The position numbers and the translations under genes were made by a program. This document shows positions 16,900 through 26,152 of a stretch of 38,435 nt of DNA, piece after piece. The notes under the pieces were generated by a model, which worked only from the letters and a program-made list of their open reading frames with translations, was not told where the DNA came from and made no database searches. How positions within the stretch are numbered: position 1 is the stretch's first letter; every line of letters starts with the position of its first letter. The stretch is from positions 1-38,435 of the forward strand of contig JAIORY010000038.1 of NCBI GenBank assembly GCA_021107915.1. Reading direction: 5' to 3'. This DNA comes from Bacteroidales bacterium (GTDB lineage Bacteria > Bacteroidota > Bacteroidia > Bacteroidales > JAIORY01).

Positions 16900-18231
16900 T
16901 TAAAGATTGTTAACAGCGGTTTTAAACTTCTCCCCTCTGTCTTCATAATTATTAAAAAGATCGAAACTTGCACATGCAGGTGAAAGTAACACCGCATCAC
17001 CATGATTGCTAAGATTAAATGCAGAGTGTACTGCTTCTGAAGCAGATTTGGTGTCAACGATTATTTCTACATCACCGGCAAAATAATCATGAATTACTGA
17101 GTTATCAACACCAAGACAAACTATTGCTTTAACTTTTTTTCTGACAAGGCTTTTTAAACTCGAGTAATCATTGCCCTTATCAATTCCTCCTGCAATCCAT
17201 ATTATAGAATTGTCAATACTTTCAAGTGCATACCAGGCTGAATTTACATTGGTTGCTTTTGAGTCGTTAATAAAATCAACACCATGTATTGTTGCAACAA
17301 ATTCGAGTCTGTGTTCTATATTTTGAAAATCAGTAAGACATTTTTTAATTGTATCTTTTCTTATTCCAATTAATTTTGATCCAATCCCTGCTGCCATTGA
17401 GTTATAGAGATTGTGTTTTCCTTGTAATGCTAATTCTTCAAGTGTCATATTTATAATATTTGTTTTTATTATTAAATTATTTTCAGAAATATAGCCTTCA
17501 CAATCAGGCTTTTTTGTTATTGAAAAAGAGTGTTTTTTTGACGGAATATCTCTTTTATTAATTTCATCTACTATGGTTTTATCATCAGCACAATAGATAA
17601 AGTCGTCATATTTAGTTTGATTTTGTACAATGCGAAATTTTGAATCGACATATCTTCCAAAATCATTTTCATATCTATCTAAATGATCAGGTGTAATATT
17701 CATCAAAATTGCAATGTCTGCTTTAAAATCAAACATTCCGTCAAGCTGAAAACTACTGAGTTCCAAAACATAAAAATCGAATTCACGGAAAGCTACCTGC
17801 ATTGCAAAACTTTTTCCTACATTTCCTGCCAGACCTACATTTAATCCTGCATTTTTTAAAATATGGTATGTTAGAAGCGTAGTTGTTGTTTTTCCGTTAC
17901 TCCCGCTAACGCAAATCATTTTTGCGTTTGAAAATCGACCGGCAAATTCGATATCTGATATCACCGGTATCATATTTTTTTTTAATGCCTTGATGATATT
18001 TACATTATCAGGTATTCCCGGGCTTTTGATAACTTCAACAGCATTTAATATTTTCGATTCCGTATGCTTTTCTTCTTCATATTCAATTTCAAATTGTGAA
18101 AGAACGTTTTTATATTTTTGATTTATTTTTCCTTTATCTGAAACAAAAACTGTGTAACCTTTTTTTTTTGCTAATACTGCAGCTCCTGCTCCACTTTCTC
18201 CTGCACCGAGAACTACAATTTTTGTTTTCAT
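16900..18231 (-). CDS. murD: UDP-N-acetylmuramoylalanine--D-glutamate ligase
   Basis: 443 aa. N-terminal VLGAGESGAGAA and the P-loop SGSNGKTTTT, in the expected dcw position. Confidence 0.9.
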   Translation of the reverse strand: MKTKIVVLGAGESGAGAAVLAKKKGYTVFVSDKGKINQKYKNVLSQFEIEYEEEKHTESKILNAVEVIKSPGIPDNVNIIKALKKNMIPVISDIEFAGRFSNAKMICVSGSNGKTTTTLLTYHILKNAGLNVGLAGNVGKSFAMQVAFREFDFYVLELSSFQLDGMFDFKADIAILMNITPDHLDRYENDFGRYVDSKFRIVQNQTKYDDFIYCADDKTIVDEINKRDIPSKKHSFSITKKPDCEGYISENNLIIKTNIINMTLEELALQGKHNLYNSMAAGIGSKLIGIRKDTIKKCLTDFQNIEHRLEFVATIHGVDFINDSKATNVNSAWYALESIDNSIIWIAGGIDKGNDYSSLKSLVRKKVKAIVCLGVDNSVIHDYFAGDVEIIVDTKSASEAVHSAFNLSNHGDAVLLSPACASFDLFNNYEDRGEKFKTAVNNL

Positions 18232-18234
18232 TAT

Positions 18235-19485
18235 TTATCTTAATTTCAGTGTTATAATTGTTGATATTGCCAGAAATATCCCCACAATAAAAAACCTTAA
18301 AACTATTTTTGGTTCGGGATAACCAAGCACCTGAAAATGATGGTGCAACGGCGACATTTTAAATATTCTTTTTCCCTGTCCGTATTTTCTTTTTGTATAC
18401 TTAAAATAACTGACTTGCATTATTACGGATAAACTTTCGGCGAGAAAGATTCCACACAAAATCGGGATTAGCAATTCTTTACGAATCAATATTGCAAAAA
18501 CAGCTATAATTCCTCCCAAGGAAAGACTTCCGGTATCTCCCATAAAGATTTGTGCAGGATATGAATTATACCACAAAAATCCGGTAGCTGCTCCAACAAA
18601 TGCACTTACAAATATGGTTAGCTCACCCGTATTCGGGATATACATAATGTTCAGGTAATCAGCAAAAATGATATTACCCGAAACCCATGCCAAAATTCCA
18701 AGGGTTGCACCAATGATTGCCGCAGTGCCGGTTGCAAGACCATCCATTCCATCGGTAAGATTTGAGCTGTTTGAAACTGCTGTAATTATCAAAATAATAA
18801 TTGGTATAAATATTAGAAATGCCCACTTTTTGTAATCATCACCAAGCCACGATAGTAAAACCGAATAGTCAAATTCATTGTTTTTGACAAATGGAATTGT
18901 TGTTTTTGTCGATTGAATAGGTTCTTTCGAAAACAAATGTGCTGTTCTTTGATTATCATTGCTTGTAATAGTATTTTCAATATTTGTTTTATCAACAGAA
19001 ACTTTTTCGCGTATCACAATCGAATCCTCAAAATACATTGTTAGCCCAACTACAAGTCCTAAAATCACCTGACCAACTATTTTGAATTTTCCGGCAAGGC
19101 CTTTTTTATCCTTTTTAAAAACTTTGATATAATCATCAATGAATCCAATTAATCCGAGCCATACTGTAGTGAATATCATTAAAATGATATAAATATTATC
19201 AAGTTTCGCAAAAAGTAATGTTGGTATCAGAATAGCTCCAATAATTATCAGTCCACCCATTGTCGGTGTTCCTTCTTTTTCAAGCTGTCCGTTAAGTCCA
19301 AGGTCTCTTACAGGTTCTCCAACTTGCTTTTTAATAAGATATTTAATGATTTTTTTTCCAAGCAATAATGTTATTATGAGCGATGTAATAACTGCCATAG
19401 CTGCCCTAAACGAGATATACTGAAATACACCTGCTCCTGGAAAATGATATGCATTGTCTAAATATTCAAATAAATAATAAAGCAT
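18235..19485 (-). CDS. mraY: Phospho-N-acetylmuramoyl-pentapeptide transferase
   Basis: 416 aa, polytopic. Motifs [10 protein letters not shown] and [11 protein letters not shown]. Confidence 0.95.
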   Translation of the reverse strand: MLYYLFEYLDNAYHFPGAGVFQYISFRAAMAVITSLIITLLLGKKIIKYLIKKQVGEPVRDLGLNGQLEKEGTPTMGGLIIIGAILIPTLLFAKLDNIYIILMIFTTVWLGLIGFIDDYIKVFKKDKKGLAGKFKIVGQVILGLVVGLTMYFEDSIVIREKVSVDKTNIENTITSNDNQRTAHLFSKEPIQSTKTTIPFVKNNEFDYSVLLSWLGDDYKKWAFLIFIPIIILIITAVSNSSNLTDGMDGLATGTAAIIGATLGILAWVSGNIIFADYLNIMYIPNTGELTIFVSAFVGAATGFLWYNSYPAQIFMGDTGSLSLGGIIAVFAILIRKELLIPILCGIFLAESLSVIMQVSYFKYTKRKYGQGKRIFKMSPLHHHFQVLGYPEPKIVLRFFIVGIFLAISTIITLKLR

Positions 19486-19491
19486 TTTTCT

Positions 19492-20955
19492 TTATTTTTC
19501 TTGATTTATTAAAATGTCTTCTAATATCTGTTTGTCATCAAATGGATGTTTAATTCCATTTATCTCCTGATATTTTTCATGACCTTTTCCTGCAACTAAT
19601 ATTATGTCGCCGGATTGAGCCAGAGCACAAGCTGTTTTTATTGCCTCCTTGCGATTCGTTATTGATAAGGTCTTTGTTTTATCCTCTGCATCTATGTCTT
19701 CTTTCATTTCCTCAATTATTTTTTCGGGGTTTTCCGACCTCGGATTATCAGAAGTTAAAATGAGTTTGTCACTTAAACGAGCTGCAATCTTTCCCATTAA
19801 TGCACGTTTACTTTTATCGCGATCTCCACCGGCACCACATACCGTGATAATTTTTTCATGGTTTTTTCTTATTGCAAAAATCGTTTTCAAAATATTTTCT
19901 AAAGCATCGGGGGTATGCGCATAATCAATAATTCCCAATATTTGATTTGATGATTTAATATAATCGAACCTTCCCTCAGGCCCTTCTATCTCGCTTAAGC
20001 ATTGTAATATTTCTGCTTCATCTTCGCCAAGTAAAATCGCTGTGGCAAAAACTGATGTGAGGTTGTAGGCATTAAATTCGCCTATTAGTTTAAACCAAAC
20101 ATCTTTGTTATTAATTTTAAGTTGTAATCCTTCAATTTGATTTTCAATAATTTTTGATTTAAAATCAGAAGGTTTTTTAAGACTATATGTTTTCTTAAGT
20201 GCTTTTGTGTTTTGAAGAATTACATTCCCGTTTTTATCATCAATGTTGCTAACAACAAAAGCGTTTTTATTCAAATCATCAAAGAATTTTTTCTTTGATT
20301 TAAGATATAAATCAAAAGTTTTGTGATAGTCGAGATGATCATGTGTAATATTTGTAAAAACAGCTCCGGCAAAATCCAATCCGGCAATTCTATCTTGATC
20401 AATTGCATGAGAACTTACTTCCATAAAACAATGAGAGCAACCATTTTTCACCATTTCGTTTAATAGCTTATTAGTCTGAAAAGCATCAGGAGTGGTATGA
20501 GTTGAAGGAATTATTGTTTCAACAATCTTGTTTTCTATTGTAGAAATCAATCCGCAAGGATAACCCAGTTTTGTAAATAACTTGTAAAGTAAGCTTACTA
20601 CAGTTGTTTTTCCATTTGTTCCGGTTACACCGGTAAGTTTTAATTTTGATGAAGGATTGTCAAAATAATTTGAGCAAATTTGACCAAGAGCATTTTTACT
20701 GTTTTTAACTTTTATATAAGTAAGGTTATTGTTCGTGTGTTTTGGCATTTCTTCGCAAACAATTGCAATTGCTCCATTTTTTACTACCTGATCAATAAAT
20801 TTATGCCCGTCAACCTGAGTTCCTTTTACTGCAATAAAAAGATCACCTGATTTTACTTTTCTTGAATCAAAGTTTATAGAATTAATTTTAACATTCTCAG
20901 TTCCTGTAATACTGACAATTCCAATGTTTTTTAATATATCTTTTAATTCCTTCAA
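19492..20955 (-). CDS. murE: UDP-N-acetylmuramoyl-L-alanyl-D-glutamate--2,6-diaminopimelate ligase
   Basis: 487 aa. P-loop GVTGTNGKTT, and a DNPRSE motif typical of meso-DAP-adding MurE. The start codon is TTG (TTG AAG GAA TTA), but the N-terminus MKELKDIL looks native. Confidence 0.9.
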   Translation of the reverse strand: MKELKDILKNIGIVSITGTENVKINSINFDSRKVKSGDLFIAVKGTQVDGHKFIDQVVKNGAIAIVCEEMPKHTNNNLTYIKVKNSKNALGQICSNYFDNPSSKLKLTGVTGTNGKTTVVSLLYKLFTKLGYPCGLISTIENKIVETIIPSTHTTPDAFQTNKLLNEMVKNGCSHCFMEVSSHAIDQDRIAGLDFAGAVFTNITHDHLDYHKTFDLYLKSKKKFFDDLNKNAFVVSNIDDKNGNVILQNTKALKKTYSLKKPSDFKSKIIENQIEGLQLKINNKDVWFKLIGEFNAYNLTSVFATAILLGEDEAEILQCLSEIEGPEGRFDYIKSSNQILGIIDYAHTPDALENILKTIFAIRKNHEKIITVCGAGGDRDKSKRALMGKIAARLSDKLILTSDNPRSENPEKIIEEMKEDIDAEDKTKTLSITNRKEAIKTACALAQSGDIILVAGKGHEKYQEINGIKHPFDDKQILEDILINQEK

Positions 20956-20970
20956 TTGATTTATTTGCTT

Positions 20971-23076
20971 TTATATTGACAATTCCAGTTTTATTGCATT
21001 GAATTTTTTTAATGATACTCCCGGTTCTATTGATTGATATTTTACTTTTCCTTTACCGCTAATAATTGTTTTTAATCCAAGACTTTCGAGAAGATAAACT
21101 GCATCTTTAACACCCATGCCTTTTACATTTGGCACCAATCCGGGTTTAATTATTTTTTGTCCGAGTTTTGCTGAATTTTCTCCAGGCAGAGTTACTGCGT
21201 ATTCCGTATTTATTTCACCGGAATCAATTTCTATATTCAGTTCACTAATCACAGTTTCAATATCTTTAGTATATCCGCTTGTAAAAAATGGAAGTTTGGT
21301 ATTTTCGTTTTTATCTTCTTTTTGCATATTAATATTCAACTGAGTAGCATAAACTTTATCGGCAATTTCTTTAAATACCGGTGCTGCAACCGAACTTCCG
21401 TAATATCGTCCTGCAGTTGGCCTGTTTACTGTAACAATACAGGAATACTTTGGGTTGTCAGCAGGGAAATATCCTACAAAAGAAGAGTTATAAGCTTTTC
21501 CATATCCATTGTTACCTTCGGCAATTTGTGCTGTTCCTGTTTTTCCGGCTATCTGATAAATACTGCTTTTTAATCGTTGAGCTGTTCCACGCAATACAAC
21601 CCCTTCTAGTAGCGATTTTAATGAATCTATTGTTTGTTGAGAACAAATGGATTTATGCCTAACCTCAGGTTCAAATGTCTTAATAGTTTTTCCTGCTTTC
21701 TTTATTCTTTTTACAAACTGAGGCTTCATCATTTTGCCGTTATTTGCTACAGCATTATAAAAAGTCAATACCTGAAGTGGAGTTAAAAGTGTTTCATAAC
21801 CAACCGACATCCATGGAAGAGTAGTGCCGTACCAAATTTCTCTGTTTTTTGGGTGTTTGATAAGAGGACTCCTTTCGCCCTGAATATTTATATTTAGTTT
21901 TTCATTAAGTTTAATATCATATAAGTAATCAACAAAATCATCAGGATTATCGTTGTAGGCAGTATAGATTATTTTTGAGATACCAACATTTGATGATTTT
22001 TCAAATGCCTCTCTGACAGTTATTTTACCATCCCTGATATTATGAACATCTCTTAAAGTTTCATTATGATAGACTATCCAGCCTTTTCCGACATCAATTG
22101 TATCAGTAAGTTTTATTTTTCCATCTTCAAGAATTACCATCATTGATGCAAGCTTAAAAGTTGATCCGTGTTCAATCTTTTCGGAGATAGCATAGTTATA
22201 CGATTCTCTGTATATTTTAGAAGATGAATCATAGCGCAGATTTGCTATGGCTTTTATATAACCGGTTTCAACTTCCATTAAAATTGCACATCCCTGAAAT
22301 GCCTTATGATCAATAAGGTGCTGATGTAAAGCATTTTCAGCAACATCCTGAATATTAACATCAATGCTGCTTACAATGTCTTTTCCGTCTTTTGGTTCAA
22401 TCGAATTTTCGTCAGTTACAGGTTTCCAATCACCATTACCGATTCGTCTCATTAATTGTTTTCCGTCAGTTCCTGTCAAATATTCAGAAAATGCACCTTC
22501 AAGCCCAACATAAATATTGTTTTCTTTGTTTTCATAACCAATAGTTCTTCGGGCAAGGTTTTTGAATGGCATTTTTCTTTTTGTTCTTGGGATAACAATA
22601 AGTCCTCCTTTATATTTACCTTTTCGGAAAATGGGAAACTGCCTAAGTTTTTTCAGTTCCAAATATGTAATCTTTCTTCTTATCAGGTAGTAGCGGTTTC
22701 CATTTTCACGGGCTTTTTTCAGTTCTTTTTTATATTTGTATGGAGTTTTGTCATTAAAAAGATGAGACAGACAATATGCTAATGAATCAATTTCTTCATT
22801 AAAATATTTATCCGAAATATTTTCACAATCAACATCCATACGGATATCAAAAATCGGAATGGAAGTTGCAAGTAAACTTTCATCATTTGCATAAATATTC
22901 CCGCGAACAGCATCAATATCAACATATTTTAAATCCTGTTGCTGTACTTTTTTTAGCAATTCCGGACCTTCTTTAAGCTGAATAAAAACAATCTTCCCAA
23001 CTATTGCAAAAGCAAATATCAAAATAAACAAGTACACCAAATATACTCTCCATAATATGTCTTTTTTGATATCCAT
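20971..23076 (-). CDS. ftsI: Class B penicillin-binding protein / peptidoglycan D,D-transpeptidase FtsI with C-terminal PASTA domain
   Basis: 701 aa with an N-terminal TM. Active-site motifs STFK (GSTFKLAS), SSN and KTGT. The last ~55 aa (VPNVKGMGVKDAVYLLESLGLK...IKLELSI) fit a PASTA fold pattern. Confidence 0.9.
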   Translation of the reverse strand: MDIKKDILWRVYLVYLFILIFAFAIVGKIVFIQLKEGPELLKKVQQQDLKYVDIDAVRGNIYANDESLLATSIPIFDIRMDVDCENISDKYFNEEIDSLAYCLSHLFNDKTPYKYKKELKKARENGNRYYLIRRKITYLELKKLRQFPIFRKGKYKGGLIVIPRTKRKMPFKNLARRTIGYENKENNIYVGLEGAFSEYLTGTDGKQLMRRIGNGDWKPVTDENSIEPKDGKDIVSSIDVNIQDVAENALHQHLIDHKAFQGCAILMEVETGYIKAIANLRYDSSSKIYRESYNYAISEKIEHGSTFKLASMMVILEDGKIKLTDTIDVGKGWIVYHNETLRDVHNIRDGKITVREAFEKSSNVGISKIIYTAYNDNPDDFVDYLYDIKLNEKLNINIQGERSPLIKHPKNREIWYGTTLPWMSVGYETLLTPLQVLTFYNAVANNGKMMKPQFVKRIKKAGKTIKTFEPEVRHKSICSQQTIDSLKSLLEGVVLRGTAQRLKSSIYQIAGKTGTAQIAEGNNGYGKAYNSSFVGYFPADNPKYSCIVTVNRPTAGRYYGSSVAAPVFKEIADKVYATQLNINMQKEDKNENTKLPFFTSGYTKDIETVISELNIEIDSGEINTEYAVTLPGENSAKLGQKIIKPGLVPNVKGMGVKDAVYLLESLGLKTIISGKGKVKYQSIEPGVSLKKFNAIKLELSI

Positions 23077-23167
23077 TTCTTTTCCTCTATCTATTATTTT
23101 ATTTGTTGTTTTTGTTCAGTTGTTTATTTATCGCTCTACTGTTTTTCAATCATTTCAGCTCATTTAA

Positions 23168-23216
23168 AAATTTTAGTCATTTTAAATTTTAGTCATTTTA
23201 AATTTCAGTAACTCAA
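23168..23216 (-). repeat. Two good copies plus one degenerate copy of the 16-bp AAATGACTAAAATTTA-type unit, immediately after the ftsL stop
   Basis: On the + strand, AAATTTTAGTCATTTTA occurs at 23168-23184 and again at 23184-23200, followed by the degenerate AAATTTCAGTAACTCAA. This is the reverse complement of the unit at 1-67. Confidence 0.75.
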
Positions 23217-23606
23217 TCATTTCCCTACCACCGGTTTGATTTTCCGTGGAGGTTCTTTTGATTCTTTTATTCCTGTTGAGCGTAACATGTTTACAATTTC
23301 TGATTGCTTGCTGTGAAACATCAATTCTGATTTTGATGTTATGTAATCATATCTAAGCTCTTTAAGTTCATTTTTTAATTCATTTATTTCCCGGATTTTT
23401 TTCTCCGCGTAATAGGTGTTTCCAATATATATTACTGCAAGCAAGGCGAGGAAAAACAGGAAAGGAAGGAATTTTCTTGTGCTGTTTCTTGAAAGCACTC
23501 TTCCACCCATAATTTCAAGAAATGATTTTTCAAAAGCACTTTCTTCTCCCTTTTGAAAGAACTTTCTCTTTTCTGTTTCTCTCATTTTGTTGCTCTGGTT
23601 TGTCAT
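23217..23606 (-). CDS. ftsL: FtsL-like cell division protein (Bacteroidota type)
   Basis: 129 aa with a single TM (FLPFLFFLALLAVIYIG) followed by a coiled-coil-like EKKIREINELKNELKELRYD. It lies between rsmH and ftsI. The call rests on topology and synteny. Confidence 0.6.
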   Translation of the reverse strand: MTNQSNKMRETEKRKFFQKGEESAFEKSFLEIMGGRVLSRNSTRKFLPFLFFLALLAVIYIGNTYYAEKKIREINELKNELKELRYDYITSKSELMFHSKQSEIVNMLRSTGIKESKEPPRKIKPVVGK

Positions 23607-23610
23607 TTAT

Positions 23611-24504
23611 CTATAATTTTTCTGCTATTCTTAGTTTTGCACTTCTTGCTCTTTTGTTTTCATTAATTTCTGCTTCAGCAGGTATTATTGGTTTTCTGTT
23701 TATTAGTTTAAAATCAACTTGTGGTTTTCCGTAAAAATCTTTTTCAATCTCTCCTTTAAAATTTCCTGATTTCAAAAAGTTCTTTACAAGTCTGTCTTCC
23801 AACGAGTGGTATGATATCACAACTAATCTTCCGCCCGGTTTTAATACATTTGCTGTTTCTTTAAGGAATGTTTTTAAAACTCCCAGTTCATCGTTTACTT
23901 CTATTCGTATTGCCTGAAAAACCTGAGCGAAATATTTATTATCATTTCTTTTAATCACGCATGACCGTATTGCATTTTTCAGATCTTCAGTTGTTACTAT
24001 TTTCCTTTCTTTCCTTTTATTGATCAGCATTGAAGCAAGTTTCCCTGAATTTCTGATTTCTCCGTATTTGCTGAAAATTTCTTTTAATTCGCTTTCTGAA
24101 TAATTATTAATAACTTTTCCGGCATCCAAATCAGTATTAATATTCATTCTCATATCCAACGCTCCTTCAAACCTTGTTGAAAAACCTCTGCTTGGTTCAT
24201 CAATCTGAAATGACGAAATTCCAAGATCAGCAAGTATTCCGTCAACCGGCAATACTTTATAAAACATTAGGAAATTTTTAATGAAGATGAAATTCGAATT
24301 CACAAAAATGAATCTCTCATCATCAAATTTATTATTCATTGCATCAGAATCTTTATCAAATCCTAATAATTTACCGGTACTTAATTGCTTGAGGATTTCT
24401 GCGGAATGTCCACCACCGCCATAAGTTGCGTCAACATAGATGCCATCAGGCTTAATGGCTAATCCGTTTATGCTTTCTTTTAATAAAACGGGTCTGTGGT
24501 ACAT
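23611..24504 (-). CDS. rsmH: 16S rRNA (cytosine1402-N4)-methyltransferase
   Basis: 297 aa. MYHRPVLLKE N-terminus, DATYGGGGHS SAM motif and the C-terminal NKRARSAKLR pattern. Confidence 0.95.
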   Translation of the reverse strand: MYHRPVLLKESINGLAIKPDGIYVDATYGGGGHSAEILKQLSTGKLLGFDKDSDAMNNKFDDERFIFVNSNFIFIKNFLMFYKVLPVDGILADLGISSFQIDEPSRGFSTRFEGALDMRMNINTDLDAGKVINNYSESELKEIFSKYGEIRNSGKLASMLINKRKERKIVTTEDLKNAIRSCVIKRNDNKYFAQVFQAIRIEVNDELGVLKTFLKETANVLKPGGRLVVISYHSLEDRLVKNFLKSGNFKGEIEKDFYGKPQVDFKLINRKPIIPAEAEINENKRARSAKLRIAEKL

Positions 24505-24510
24505 TAGTTT

Positions 24511-24978
24511 TTATTCATTTGTTTCAGTATCAGTATCACCCATAACTTCTTCGGCAAGATCACCAAATTCATCCGGATCATAATCTACTGCTCGTTCATA
24601 TTGTGCTTTATCCCAAATTTCAATTTTGTTTACAACCGACGCTAATACTATTTCATTCTTAATCTTACCATAATTAATCAAATCCTTTGGTATTAACAGT
24701 CTGCCGGTTCCATCAAGTTTTACTGATTTTACTCCAGCCATAAATTTTCTGATAAAATCAACGTTCTTTTTTTTAAACCTGTTAAGCTTATTGATTTTTG
24801 TGCTTTCATTTTCCCACTCAGTTGCCGGATATAACTCAAGGCATTTTTCAAAAATGCTTCGTTTTATTACAAAACCCTGATTTAATACCTCAGCCAACTG
24901 ATTTTTGAATGCTATGGGAAACATCAGTCGCCCTTTAACATCAGCCTTACACTCGTATGCTCCAATAATGTTTAACAA
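24511..24978 (-). CDS. mraZ: Transcriptional regulator MraZ
   Basis: Two DxxGR motifs (DVKGRLMFP and DGTGRLLIP). The track start at 25008 is a TTG that overlaps a -7-like promoter box and sits 8 nt from the operator repeats. The in-frame TTG at 24978 gives MLNIIGAYECKADVKGR and a ~155-aa protein, the typical MraZ size. The start remains uncertain. Confidence 0.85.
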   Translation of the reverse strand: MLNIIGAYECKADVKGRLMFPIAFKNQLAEVLNQGFVIKRSIFEKCLELYPATEWENESTKINKLNRFKKKNVDFIRKFMAGVKSVKLDGTGRLLIPKDLINYGKIKNEIVLASVVNKIEIWDKAQYERAVDYDPDEFGDLAEEVMGDTDTETNE

Positions 24979-25005
24979 TGTTTTATGAATTTTGGTGTAA
25001 ATGTA

Positions 25006-25013
25006 CAAAACTA
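25006..25013 (-). promoter_or_regulatory. Possible -7 promoter element TAGTTTTG (TAnnTTTG) for the dcw operon
   Basis: Minus-strand reading of 25013-25006, directly downstream of the GTGGTA repeats. No clear -33 TTTG is present because the repeats occupy that position. Confidence 0.3.
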
Positions 25014-25015
25014 TT

Positions 25016-25041
25016 TACCACTTTATACCACTTTTTACCAC
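25016..25041 (-). promoter_or_regulatory. Putative MraZ operator: three direct GTGGTA repeats with exact 10-bp periodicity
   Basis: The minus strand reads GTGGTAaaaaGTGGTAtaaaGTGGTA (+ strand TACCAC at 25016-21, 25026-31 and 25036-41). MraZ is known to bind direct repeats of GTGG-type boxes at 10-bp spacing upstream of its own operon, with AAAGTG[G/T]-like consensus reported in other phyla. Confidence 0.65.
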
Positions 25042-25242
25042 ATTGTTAATAAAAAGTTACATATTTTTTAATAATTATTATTGAGAAGGATTTAAACTCT
25101 TGATAAGACTGTATTTAGAGAAGGATAATAAATTCTGAAAAACTTTTTAACAATAAATTCAAAAAAATAAAATACAATTATTGAATTGTATCCAAATATC
25201 TATAAATTTGTAAACAATTGGGATTTCAAAAACTCATGTAAA

Positions 25243-26145
25243 ATGGAATATGAAAAAACAGAAAAGATAGGAAAGAATTTCATAGATATTGATGAGGTTT
25301 TTAGGCAAAAAAATCCTTCATTATTAAAAATACTACCTAAGTTTATTTTAAGAATTATTAAACGTATTGTTCACCAAAAAGAATTAAATGCAGCGCTTTA
25401 TAAAAATCGAGATTATTTCGGAACTGATTTTGTCGATACTGTATTAAAACATTTTGAAATAAATATTGAAACCAAAGGTGAAAAATATGTACCTAAAGAA
25501 GGACGAGTTACTTTGGCATCAAATCATCCTTTGGGAGGTCTTGATGGAATGGCATTGATAAAGGCTATTGATAAATATCGAAGTGATATTGTTGTTCCGG
25601 CAAATGATATATTAATGACAATTCCTAATCTTAGACCGATATTTATTCCTGTAAACAAGCACGGCAGTAATGCTACAAATATCAAAATTATGAATGATAC
25701 TTTTGCTTCTGATATTATTATGCTATATTTTCCTGCCGGATTAGTATCACGAAAACAGAAAGGTATTATTAAAGATTTGGAATGGAAAAAAACTTTTTTG
25801 TCAAAATCAAAATACTATAAAAGAGATATCATTCCAATTCATATTAATGGAAGAAATACTAACTTTTTTTACTATTTAGCAAAATTGAGAGGGTTTTTAC
25901 GAATAAAATCAAACATCGAAATGTTTCTTCTTGTTGATGAAATGTTTAGACAAAAAAACCAAAAAATTATTATTACTTTTGGTAAACCTGTTAGTATTGA
26001 TTTTTTTGATAAGAGAAATTCTGATTTAAAGTGGGCTAATTTATTAAGAGATTATGTATATGAGTTGGAAAAGGATAATGAATTATCTTTTGAGCAATGG
26101 TATGAAAATAAATCGGAATTAAGCGAAAATTCACCAAAAAACTAA
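25243..26145 (+). CDS. Lysophospholipid/PlsC-family O-acyltransferase (OlsA/GlsA-like)
   Basis: The track start at 25186 is a TTG, so the ATG at 25243 (MEYEKTEK) is preferred. Acyltransferase motif region LASNHPLGGLDG, later FPAGLVSR. It is adjacent to an OlsB-like N-acyltransferase. Confidence 0.7.
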   Translation: MEYEKTEKIGKNFIDIDEVFRQKNPSLLKILPKFILRIIKRIVHQKELNAALYKNRDYFGTDFVDTVLKHFEINIETKGEKYVPKEGRVTLASNHPLGGLDGMALIKAIDKYRSDIVVPANDILMTIPNLRPIFIPVNKHGSNATNIKIMNDTFASDIIMLYFPAGLVSRKQKGIIKDLEWKKTFLSKSKYYKRDIIPIHINGRNTNFFYYLAKLRGFLRIKSNIEMFLLVDEMFRQKNQKIIITFGKPVSIDFFDKRNSDLKWANLLRDYVYELEKDNELSFEQWYENKSELSENSPKN

Positions 26146-26152
26146 AACAATT

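Noticed and set aside
16857-17057. 66-aa ORF spanning the ftsW-murD gap and the murD 3' end
   Set aside because: It mostly overlaps murD out of frame and has no motifs. The 105-bp gap 16795-16899 is more simply an intergenic spacer.
18235-20955. Absence of murF (and ddl) between murE and mraY as a possible deletion or novelty
   Set aside because: To my knowledge, dcw clusters lacking murF are the normal arrangement in Bacteroidota, with murF encoded elsewhere. murE and mraY are separated by only 6 nt, with no scar.
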